A stretch of DNA of 32,000 nucleotides from Candidatus Saccharimonadota bacterium (GTDB lineage Bacteria > Patescibacteriota > Saccharimonadia > Saccharimonadales > Saccharimonadaceae), in assembly GCA_025349965.1 (NCBI GenBank), contig CP075337.1, positions 120,001 to 152,000 of the forward strand, in the 5' to 3' direction. The notes below the pieces were generated by a model, which had not been told where the DNA came from, searched no databases, and saw nothing but the letters and a program-made list of their open reading frames with translations. Of the stretch, positions 24,810-32,000 are shown in pieces. Both the position numbers and the translations under genes were made by a program. Position 1 is the stretch's first letter. Each line of letters begins with the position of its first letter.

Positions 24810-26438
24810 ATGATAAACTTCAAAACAACAATCTCCAAAGCAAACAAGAAGCTGCCGCTGAAAATTGCGGCAACCCTTCTTGCGAGTTCTTCGCTTCTTG
24901 CAAGCTTGTTGGGACTACTGCGCGACCGCCTTCTTAATGGAATGTATTACAATACCTACCCAACGGGTATTGATGCATATGCGGTCGCGTTCACTATCCC
25001 AGATTTCATGTTCTTTATTCTTGTGTCCGGGGCGCTGAGTGTTACTTTTATTCCTGTCTTTAACCAACGCCTTGCAAAAGGCAATAAGCGCTCTGCTTGG
25101 GAACTTTCAACAAGCCTATTGAACTTGCTCGCAATCGTAACGCTCGTTGCGTCGGTACTTATTATCATCTTCGCTGACGTGCTCGTTAAGTATGTTGTGG
25201 GGCCGGGTCTTGATGAATCAAGCACGGCGTTGGCGGTGAGTATGATGCGCGTAATTGCGGTGAATCCGTTCCTATTTGCTATTGCAACTGTTTTCGCAAG
25301 TATGCAACAGGCAGTGGGGCGCTTTGCTTTCTTTGCACTGGCGCCAGTACTTTACAATATAGGAATTATTATCGGCGCAATGTTCTTTACACAGGGAATT
25401 AATATTTTCGGTATTCAGATTTTTGAAGGCGGTATTATGGGTGTTGCGCTTGGTGTGGTGTTGGGCTCAATGCTCCAGTTACTTGTGAGTAGCCTTGGAC
25501 TTTTTGGGATGGGATTTGATTACCGGTTTAAAATCTATTGGAAGAATAAAGGCTTTCGGCAAGTGTTGCGCCTCCTGCCTCCCCGTTCACTTGATCAGGG
25601 GATTGATTATGTAACGAGTATTGTTGAGACGAATCTTGCATCACGTTTTGTTGCGGGAAGTGTCCGTGCCTATCAGCAGGCGATGACACTTTCGTTTGTG
25701 CCAATTAATCTGATTGGTGTCGCTATTAGTACGGCCGCATTTCCAAAGATGACCGAGCGGCTCGGGCAGGGGCGCCCCGACCTTTTCCGTCGAGAATTAC
25801 AGGCGGTGCTTCGTGTAATTGTGTGGCTTGCGCTTCCTGTAACGGTCATTGCTTACTTCGGGCGCGGGTACTTAGTGAGCTTTGTAAATAACGGTGGTGA
25901 TGCGTATATAGCAAGTATTCTTGGTATCCTTTCGATTTCAATTTTGTTCCGCTCGATTTTCTTTATCGCGGCCCGTAGTTTTTATGCGCAGCAGGATACA
26001 AAAACACCTTTGTATATCTCGTTGGTTACAATCGGTGCCAGTGTCGCGCTTGCTGTGTGGCTCTCATTGGGCACTAACGCTGGAGTGTATGGGTTGGCGT
26101 GGGCGTCAGTGCTAGCGGCTATACTTGAAGTGACAATTCTATTCGTTATTATGGAGCGACGTATCCGTGGTCTTTTTAGTAAAGATTTTGTTAATGCGCT
26201 TGTTCGTATGGCAAGTGCGACGGGTTTCATGGCAATCATCACTTATATAATGGTGCTTCTTTTGCCATTCGGCGCAGATGATCAAAGTTTCTTCTCTTCA
26301 TTCCCTAAGTTTGCGGTTATCGTTGCAGTTAGCTTAATTTCCTATATAATAATCTGTCGGCTCTTTAAGTTGCGTGAAGTAAATCCAATTATTGATAAAG
26401 TCCGTAAAATATTATTTAAACCTCCGACTGTAGGCTAA
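24810..26438 (+). CDS. murJ: Lipid II flippase MurJ
   Basis: The 542-aa polytopic protein carries SLLGLLRDRLL..., AFTIPDFMFFILVSGALSVTFIPVF and FYAQQDTKTP, which are MurJ/MviN signatures. Confidence 0.85.
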   Translation: MINFKTTISKANKKLPLKIAATLLASSSLLASLLGLLRDRLLNGMYYNTYPTGIDAYAVAFTIPDFMFFILVSGALSVTFIPVFNQRLAKGNKRSAWELSTSLLNLLAIVTLVASVLIIIFADVLVKYVVGPGLDESSTALAVSMMRVIAVNPFLFAIATVFASMQQAVGRFAFFALAPVLYNIGIIIGAMFFTQGINIFGIQIFEGGIMGVALGVVLGSMLQLLVSSLGLFGMGFDYRFKIYWKNKGFRQVLRLLPPRSLDQGIDYVTSIVETNLASRFVAGSVRAYQQAMTLSFVPINLIGVAISTAAFPKMTERLGQGRPDLFRRELQAVLRVIVWLALPVTVIAYFGRGYLVSFVNNGGDAYIASILGILSISILFRSIFFIAARSFYAQQDTKTPLYISLVTIGASVALAVWLSLGTNAGVYGLAWASVLAAILEVTILFVIMERRIRGLFSKDFVNALVRMASATGFMAIITYIMVLLLPFGADDQSFFSSFPKFAVIVAVSLISYIIICRLFKLREVNPIIDKVRKILFKPPTVG

Positions 26439-26441
26439 ACT

Positions 26442-28220
26442 ATGACTCAAGACCACATCCGAAATTTCTGTATAATCGCCCATATCGACCATGGTAAGTC
26501 GACACTTGCTGACCGCATGATGGAGATGACTGGCACTGTCGAAAAGCGAGATATGAAGTCCCAGCTCCTTGATAGCATGGACCTTGAGCGCGAGAAGGGA
26601 ATTACAATCAAGCTCGCCCCAGTCCGCATGCAGTACAAGTCGCATGATCTCAATCTTATTGATACTCCAGGACACGTCGACTTCAGCTACGAAGTGTCGA
26701 GAAGTCTCGAAGCGTGTGAAGGTGCAATCCTTGTCGTTGATGCATCGCAGGGCATTCAGGCGCAGACACTTGCAAATGTATACCTTGCAATCGCGGCCGA
26801 CCTTACTGTCATTCCAGTGCTCAATAAAGTGGATCTTCCGGCAGCGGATGTTCCGCGCGTGTCAGCCGAAGTGATGAATCTTCTTGGGTGCAAGGAAGAA
26901 GAAATCCTTAAGATTAGTGCAAAAACGGGCGAAGGTGTTCCGGAGGTGCTTGATGCGGTCATTGAACGAATTGCTCCGCCGACCGGCGTGGCCGACGCAC
27001 CAACGCGTTCGCTTATCTTTGACAGTTACTACGATGATTACCGCGGAGTAATTCTTTACACACGTACCGTTGACGGTGCCATTAAAAAGGGCGACACCAT
27101 CCAAATGATTGCTACTGGTGCTGATGGACTTGCGCTTGAGGTCGGCGCGTTGAGCCCGACTATGAACCCTGAAGCCTCAATCGACACTGGAGAGATTGGG
27201 TATATTGTCACTAACCTCAAGACGACGCGCGACGCAAAGGTAGGTGATACGGTTACGGTAAAGCGCTCGCACTCTGACGAGCCGCTTCCAGGGTATCAGA
27301 ACGTGAAGCCTTTTGTGTACGCTGGATTCTTCCCAGTTTCAAATGAAGATTACAACGACCTTAAGGAAGCTGTTGAAAAGCTTAGCCTGAGCGACAGCGC
27401 GCTTCAATTTGAGCCAGAAAACTCACCTGTGCTTGGATTTGGCGTACGTATTGGCTTCTTGGGTCTTCTTCACATGGATATTATCCGTGAACGACTCGAG
27501 CGTGAATATAATCTTGATCTTGTCGTGACTAACCCGAGCACTGATTACCAAATCACCATGACAGACGGCGAAGAGTTGAATATTAAGTCAGCTAGCGATT
27601 TACCTCTCGTGACGAAGATTATCGAAATCCGTGAGCCGTGGATTAAGGGTGAAATTGTTGTTCCGCAAGACTATATTGGTGGTGTGATTCAACTGATTGT
27701 TAGCAAGCGCGGTCGCCAAACAAATCTAAGCTACATAGATGAGCGAGCACTGATTAGCTTTGAGGCGCCACTTGCAAATCTTCTGACTGACTTTTACGAT
27801 CAGCTCAAGAGTATCACGAGTGGATATGGCTCGTTCAACTACGAACTCGATGAATATCGTCCAGAAGATTTGGTGCGCGTTGATTTTTACGTATCGGGTG
27901 AAATGGTGGACGCACTTTCTGTGATGGCGCACCGTTCAGAATCACAGGCGCTTGGTCGTGTGATTGTGAAAAAACTCAAAGATGTCGTGCCTCGACAAAA
28001 CTTTCAGGTAAGCCTTCAGGCGGCAATCGGCGGAAAGTTTATTGCTCGTGAAGACATCTCGGCCTACCGAAAAGATGTAACAACCGGACTTTATGGCGGG
28101 GACGTTAGCCGTAAAAAGAAGGTGCTTGCAAAGCAGGCCAAGGGTAAAAAGCGTATGAAACGGTTCGGCAAGGTTGATATTCCTTCTGAAGCGTTTACGG
28201 TGATGCTGAAACGAGATTAA
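26442..28220 (+). CDS. lepA: Elongation factor 4 (LepA)
   Basis: Motifs IRNFCIIAHIDHGKSTLADR, DTPGHVDF and NKVDL are present, together with the LepA-specific C-terminal domain ending KKRMKRFGKVDIPSEAF. Confidence 0.97.
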   Translation: MTQDHIRNFCIIAHIDHGKSTLADRMMEMTGTVEKRDMKSQLLDSMDLEREKGITIKLAPVRMQYKSHDLNLIDTPGHVDFSYEVSRSLEACEGAILVVDASQGIQAQTLANVYLAIAADLTVIPVLNKVDLPAADVPRVSAEVMNLLGCKEEEILKISAKTGEGVPEVLDAVIERIAPPTGVADAPTRSLIFDSYYDDYRGVILYTRTVDGAIKKGDTIQMIATGADGLALEVGALSPTMNPEASIDTGEIGYIVTNLKTTRDAKVGDTVTVKRSHSDEPLPGYQNVKPFVYAGFFPVSNEDYNDLKEAVEKLSLSDSALQFEPENSPVLGFGVRIGFLGLLHMDIIRERLEREYNLDLVVTNPSTDYQITMTDGEELNIKSASDLPLVTKIIEIREPWIKGEIVVPQDYIGGVIQLIVSKRGRQTNLSYIDERALISFEAPLANLLTDFYDQLKSITSGYGSFNYELDEYRPEDLVRVDFYVSGEMVDALSVMAHRSESQALGRVIVKKLKDVVPRQNFQVSLQAAIGGKFIAREDISAYRKDVTTGLYGGDVSRKKKVLAKQAKGKKRMKRFGKVDIPSEAFTVMLKRD

Positions 28221-28224
28221 TAGT

Positions 28225-28812
28225 ATGAGCGAGCGGCTTGATTATGAGAAGAAAATGTTGGCTGTAAGTCGCCCGGTTGCTTTTTCTTATAATAAAGATG
28301 CACGTCATTTTCTTGTTGGTGATACGACAGTAGGAGTTGAAGCTATTCCTCGGTGGGGCCTGAGACACCAACTAGCAGAAGGTACAACCGTTGAGCAGGT
28401 GAATGAGCTCATAGCAAAAGAGCCAATGGTGCATACATTTAATAAACTCATTGGCCTGCCGCGATTGGCTGAGTTTGTGAGAGATAATTGGTCTGACGAG
28501 CTAGAGCTGGAAACGCTGGATGTCATGGCTGATGTCATGCCAACTCTTCCGGAATTTCACCAGCCCGGTCGGGATCATTTAGGGTTTGGCGCAACAAGAA
28601 TAGATTATGAGATGGGACGTGTTGTCTTGAAAGTGCCTGGTATTTGCGCATGTATTGGCCCTGATGCAACTGATCCAAGTTGGGGTTCGCAAGGCTGGGA
28701 GGAGGCGTCAATCTTTTCATATGATGGTCATAATATTGACCGCCCAATTCAAAGAGCTGCGCTTTACGCTGGCCTTGGACACTTGGCGTTCCGTGCAAAG
28801 CAAGCGCTGTAG
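28225..28812 (+). CDS. Hypothetical soluble protein (195 aa), no recognisable motif
   Basis: The ORF starts 4 nt after the lepA stop, and no competing ORF exists on either strand. There are no TM segments or signal peptide. Confidence 0.55.
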   Translation: MSERLDYEKKMLAVSRPVAFSYNKDARHFLVGDTTVGVEAIPRWGLRHQLAEGTTVEQVNELIAKEPMVHTFNKLIGLPRLAEFVRDNWSDELELETLDVMADVMPTLPEFHQPGRDHLGFGATRIDYEMGRVVLKVPGICACIGPDATDPSWGSQGWEEASIFSYDGHNIDRPIQRAALYAGLGHLAFRAKQAL

Positions 28813-28830
28813 CTCTGTGCAGTCACTCCG

Positions 28831-28839
28831 TGCTAGAAT
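28831..28839 (+). promoter_or_regulatory. Extended -10 box TGCTAGAAT, 5 nt upstream of ATG 28845
   Basis: The sequence reads TGCTAGAAT-AGGGT-ATG. Confidence 0.5.
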
Positions 28840-28844
28840 AGGGT

Positions 28845-29546
28845 ATGAGTATTGAGTCGCTAGTAGAGAATTACCGTACTCCAAAAGAGGCGGTTCAAGT
28901 TGTGAAGAAAACAAAAATTGCCCTACTGGTTGGCATTTCTGGTGCAGGAAAAGATACGGTTAAAAAAGGCCTGCTTGCACGTCCTGGCTTTGGGGAGATT
29001 ATCTCTCATACCACACGTGCGCCACGTGAGAATAACGGTATTTTGGAAAAAGATGGCGTAGATTACCACTTTATCACCACACATACTGCCTATGATATGC
29101 TAGAACGCGGTGATTTTATAGAGGCAAAGATGGTGCACGGTACTGTCTACGGAACCTCAACGGAAGATGTGCTGCGCGCAAGTACGCACGGCGTTGCAAT
29201 TACCGACCTTGATGTCCAGGGCGTTGCCGAGTACAAGGATGTCTCGGAAGATGTTGTCGCAATCTTTATTATTCCACCAAGCTACGAAGAGTGGATTCGG
29301 CGGCTTCGTCGACGCTACACGACAGAAGAAGAGTTTATGCATGAATGGCCGAAGCGTCGCGATAGCGCCATCGCTGAGTTGAGGCGCGCGCTTGAGGTGC
29401 CGTACTATCACTGCGTCATTAATGACGAAATTGATAGAGCAGTGGAAGTGGCAGCAGAAATTGCCCAGCGCGAAGATGTCTTTACGCGTAAGGATGACGA
29501 AGCTCGCATAGTAGCTCGCGACTTGCTACAGCAGATTTCTATGTAA
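28845..29546 (+). CDS. gmk: Guanylate kinase-like protein
   Basis: It has the P-loop GISGAGKDT and the motifs SHTTRAPRENN..DGVDYHF and EAKMVHGTVYGTS. At 233 aa it is somewhat longer than typical Gmk, with extra N- and C-terminal segments. Confidence 0.75.
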   Translation: MSIESLVENYRTPKEAVQVVKKTKIALLVGISGAGKDTVKKGLLARPGFGEIISHTTRAPRENNGILEKDGVDYHFITTHTAYDMLERGDFIEAKMVHGTVYGTSTEDVLRASTHGVAITDLDVQGVAEYKDVSEDVVAIFIIPPSYEEWIRRLRRRYTTEEEFMHEWPKRRDSAIAELRRALEVPYYHCVINDEIDRAVEVAAEIAQREDVFTRKDDEARIVARDLLQQISM

Positions 29547-29556
29547 TCCTATAAAG

Positions 29557-29583
29557 CTGGCACTCACATTGAAAGAGTGCTAG
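29557..29583 (+). promoter_or_regulatory. CIRCE operator (HrcA binding site)
   Basis: The element CTGGCACTC-N9-GAGTGCTAG compares with the consensus TTAGCACTC-N9-GAGTGCTAA. It ends 8 nt upstream of the hrcA -10 box. Confidence 0.85.
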
Positions 29584-29588
29584 TTTTG

Positions 29589-29597
29589 TGCTATAAT
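29589..29597 (+). promoter_or_regulatory. Extended -10 box TGCTATAAT, 6 nt upstream of the hrcA ATG
   Basis: The sequence reads TGCTATAAT-GAGGGT-ATG(29604). Confidence 0.55.
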
Positions 29598-29603
29598 GAG
29601 GGT

Positions 29604-30311
29604 ATGACAGAACGCCAGCGCCAAATTCTCTCTGCAATTATTGAGCAGCATGCAGAAATTGCTGCTCCTGTTGGGAGTGTTATGTTGGCAAAACTCTTTA
29701 ATGTCTCGAGCGCCACTATTCGTAGTGAAATGGCAAAACTTGAAGAAATGGGTATGATTGAACAGCCACACACCAGTGCGGGTCGTATTCCAACTGACCT
29801 TGGCTACCGTTTCTATGTAAATAGTTTGAGTGAAGCACACGCATCACAACCACAACTTCCTGACCGTGGTGCCCGTGCCATCGAAGCGCGTGTACAAACG
29901 CATAGTGACCGTGCTGACCGTGCTATTCGCAGCGCCGTAGACAGCCTTGTGGAGCTTACGCACAACCTTGGTCTTGCAACGATTGGCGATGAACTTTATC
30001 TTAGTGGTATCGGTAACCTCTTTTCGCAGCCGGAATTTCTTCAGGGTGACCACGTGCAGCAAGTAGCGCGCCTGCTTGATAACCTTGAGCCGTGGCTTCG
30101 TGAAGCGGCGCCAAACGAGCCACTTAACGTTTATATTGGGTCTGAAAACCCAATCGGAAAGACGAGCGGCGTATCGCTTATCATTAGTCGATTCCGTTCG
30201 CCATACAGCGACAATAGCTATATCGGTGTTCTTGGCCCGACACGTCAGAGCTATGACAAAGTGATGCGGCTCGTGCGTCACACTGGAGCAATGTTAGAAG
30301 AGGTTTTATAG
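29604..30311 (+). CDS. hrcA: Heat-inducible transcription repressor HrcA (short, 235 aa)
   Basis: It starts MTERQRQILSAIIEQHAEIAAPVGS...LFNVSSATIRSEMAKLEEMGMIEQPHTSAGRIPT, a wHTH. It lies next to CIRCE and upstream of grpE. Confidence 0.85.
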   Translation: MTERQRQILSAIIEQHAEIAAPVGSVMLAKLFNVSSATIRSEMAKLEEMGMIEQPHTSAGRIPTDLGYRFYVNSLSEAHASQPQLPDRGARAIEARVQTHSDRADRAIRSAVDSLVELTHNLGLATIGDELYLSGIGNLFSQPEFLQGDHVQQVARLLDNLEPWLREAAPNEPLNVYIGSENPIGKTSGVSLIISRFRSPYSDNSYIGVLGPTRQSYDKVMRLVRHTGAMLEEVL

Positions 30312-30321
30312 GGGAGAATAC

Positions 30322-30816
30322 ATGAACGAAGAAGCAAAAAAGACACCAAAATCTACAAAAAAGAACCTGCAAGCCGAGCTTGAACAGCAACTTGCTGAAT
30401 TGACGCTTGATTTGCAGCGCACGCGGGCTGATTTTGAAAATTATCGTAAGCGCGTAGAAGTGGAAAAGTCGGCTGCTCGCGAGGCTGGTCAGTCTGGTGC
30501 CGTGCTTAAACTCCTTCCGGTTATTGATAATATTGAGCGCGCCATTGCCTATATGCCAGAAGACCTTCGGGAGAATAAATGGGCGCAGGGCGTGGCAAGT
30601 CTCGTAAAGAATCTTGATAAGTCACTTGAGGGTTTAAGTGTCCGTCGCATTGACGCAAAACCGGGTACGGTGTTTAACCCAGATTTTCACGAAGCGATCC
30701 AGTTTGACGAAGATGCGCAGGGTGACCAAGAGGTGATTGCAGAAGAACTTCAGGCCGGCTATATGCTTGGTGATCGTGTGGTTCGTCATGCCATGGTGAA
30801 GGTAACGCGTCAATAA
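30322..30816 (+). CDS. grpE: Nucleotide exchange factor GrpE
   Basis: Motifs RTRADFENYRKR, LLPVIDNIERA, FNPDFHEA and VRHAMVKV are present. An SD GGGGAG lies upstream. Confidence 0.9.
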   Translation: MNEEAKKTPKSTKKNLQAELEQQLAELTLDLQRTRADFENYRKRVEVEKSAAREAGQSGAVLKLLPVIDNIERAIAYMPEDLRENKWAQGVASLVKNLDKSLEGLSVRRIDAKPGTVFNPDFHEAIQFDEDAQGDQEVIAEELQAGYMLGDRVVRHAMVKVTRQ

Positions 30817-30831
30817 TTCACATCCCTCTTA

Positions 30832-30840
30832 TGCTATACT
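30832..30840 (+). promoter_or_regulatory. Extended -10 box TGCTATACT, 9 nt upstream of ATG 30850
   Basis: The sequence reads TGCTATACT-AAAATCATC-ATG. Confidence 0.45.
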
Positions 30841-30849
30841 AAAATCATC

Positions 30850-31550
30850 ATGAAATCACACAAGAATTCTGTTCAAAACAACTATAATACTATTATATCA
30901 CAAAACACTATAAAAAGCAAACTCTCTCTCTCTCTCTCTCTCGTAAAAGAGTAGCATCGGCTTTTACTATCGTTGAGCTCCTTATTGTCATTGTCGTCAT
31001 AGCCCTCCTCGCCGCCATCACTATCGTTGCGTATAACGGCATTACTACGTCTGCGAATGACGCGGCTCGACTGGCAGACATTAAAAATTTTGAGACTACA
31101 CTTAGAGCCAACAAAGCTGTACATCCTCAGGGTTGGGTTGTAACCCCTCCTTCCGACCCTGGAGGGGAGAACGCATTGTCTCGAACTGAATTCTTGCGGG
31201 TGAACGGCCTGAAGAGTTTTGAGGGCAAGTTATGTATTGGTCAATACGATCGGTCGAATAAAGGTTGTTACCCAGATCTTGTTGAGGGTGTTGTGCCGGA
31301 GTATGACCGGCAGAAGATTTATATATCTGTTAGTGCCGTAGGGATTCATGGAAGTCCGGCTTCGGGGGTAAATCTCAATTTCTTGTCTTGGGATGCAGAT
31401 CAAGGAAGATGGATGGGTAAAAATTTCACTGCAACCACTGAGTCTCTTGATAGTGAGGATGTGTTTGATGGCGGACGATGCACGCCAGGTGTGGAGTGGG
31501 ATCCTAGTTTTGATCAGGAGTGTAGGTACGCGAAGTATGAAGTAACATGA
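30850..31550 (+). pseudogene. Second type IV pilin gene, out of frame with its start codon at a (CT)n tract (candidate phase-variable gene, OFF as sequenced)
   Basis: The ATG 30850 frame reads MKSHKNSVQNNYNTIISQNTIKSKLSLSLSLSLVKE* and stops at TAG 30952-30954. The -1 frame, open from 30888 to 31550, reads ..RKRVASAFTIVELLIVIVVIALLAAITIVAYNG.. plus a globular domain with two Cys pairs. That frame has no ATG, GTG or TTG before the pilin motif. Confidence 0.65.
30922..30942 (+). repeat. Perfect dinucleotide repeat (CT)10 + C
   Basis: CTCTCTCTCTCTCTCTCTCTC is read directly from the sequence. It lies between ATG 30850 and the prepilin cleavage motif. Confidence 0.98.
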
Positions 31551-31637
31551 TTTGTTTGGGATTGAGCGGAGCGAACACAGCTTGTGCATAAAATACATTC
31601 TTCATTGATAATCCACTGGTTTATGTGATTGTCCTTA

Positions 31638-31646
31638 TGCTAAAAT
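31638..31646 (+). promoter_or_regulatory. Extended -10 box TGCTAAAAT, 9 nt upstream of ATG 31656
   Basis: The sequence reads TGCTAAAAT-AGAAGCATT-ATG. Confidence 0.4.
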
Positions 31647-31655
31647 AGAAGCATT

Positions 31656-32000
31656 ATGCGTGGGCAACTATATTCATTGATGACGAATCCAGATTTTAAT
31701 GGGGTCGTTGAAACAACACAGGCCGCTCGTGAGGCGGTAAAGAGAGATGCAAGTATTTTTGAGGTCGTTCCAACCGGTGTGATTGCACCGCGCGACGTGA
31801 ATGATATTCAGGCAGCGGTACGCTGGGCGAGCGAAGAGGTGGAGGCGGGGCGTCCTGTCACGCTTGCGGCTCGTGTTGGTGGCACGTGTATGTCTGGCGG
31901 CTCACTCACCGAAGGATACGTTCTTGACCTCAAGCGCTTCTTTAATTTCACTGGTCAGGTTGACCCAGCTGCGCGGACAATTCGTACGCAATCTGGCGCA
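31656..32000 (+). CDS. FAD-binding (PCMH/FAD_binding_4-type) oxidoreductase, N-terminal part (3' end outside the window)
   Basis: My translation is MRGQLYSLMTNPDFNGVVETTQAAREAVKRDASIFEVVPTGVIAPRDVNDIQAAVRWA...LAARVGGTCMSGGSLTEGYVLDLKRF. This matches the GlcD-like pattern P..V..P....D......A.......R.GGT...GG......V.DL. The frame is open to the window end and is not in the ORF track. Confidence 0.65.
   Translation, partial: MRGQLYSLMTNPDFNGVVETTQAAREAVKRDASIFEVVPTGVIAPRDVNDIQAAVRWASEEVEAGRPVTLAARVGGTCMSGGSLTEGYVLDLKRFFNFTGQVDPAARTIRTQSGA

Noticed and set aside
30882-31124. Minus-strand ORFs of 80 aa and 68 aa across the (CT)n tract and pilin N-terminus.
   Set aside because: They are antisense to the unmistakable prepilin helix coding sequence. 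They read the repeat as (RE)n and have no start context.
1-32000. A search by eye for CRISPR arrays, IS or transposase genes, integrases, toxin-antitoxin pairs, restriction-modification genes or other recognisable defence genes.
   Set aside because: None was found. Apart from the (CT)n tract there are no spaced direct repeats, and every ORF longer than 150 aa is accounted for by housekeeping, envelope or pilus functions or by the three unknowns listed as findings.

Overview
The window is a densely packed, mostly housekeeping chromosomal segment (~48% GC by eye). I found no transposase, integrase, CRISPR array or rRNA. Gene content and architecture suggest a reduced-genome, monoderm-type bacterium of the Patescibacteria/CPR kind, possibly Saccharibacteria-like. 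That assignment is inference only. The supporting traits are a type IV pilus operon without a secretin, shortened TsaB, HrcA and TilS, many overlapping genes, and a cell-surface lamin-tail-domain protein. Gene order: yebC' | LTD surface protein | ruvC | (opposite-strand unknown) | ruvA-ruvB | PH-domain membrane protein | pilin(-) | recA-recX | a minus-strand pilus operon pilB-pilC-pilM-pilN-pilO plus two unknown tail genes | tsaE-tsaB | rny | DUF1697 | YggT-like(-) | a five-gene operon of small proteins (VOC, ChaB, PhnB-like, coiled-coil peptide, UDG-family) | tRNA-Pro(UGG)(-) | GT39-like glycosyltransferase | OpgC/acyltransferase-like(-) | tilS | ftsH | murJ | lepA | unknown | gmk-like | CIRCE-hrcA-grpE | a second pilin gene | FAD-binding oxidoreductase (runs off the window). 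Three observations stand out. (1) The second pilin gene is separated from its own start codon by a perfect (CT)10.5 tract in the leader-peptide coding region, and loss of one CT unit restores a 232-aa prepilin. This is a candidate slipped-strand phase-variation switch. (2) About 14 genes carry a recurrent TGnTAnAnT -10 box only 5-10 nt upstream of the ATG, implying widespread leaderless transcription of operon-first genes. (3) Several uncharacterised genes sit in conserved contexts: a His-rich ORF splitting ruvC from ruvAB, two tail genes of the pilus operon, and an orphan gene after lepA. All functional calls come from reading motifs in the supplied translations. No database search was run.
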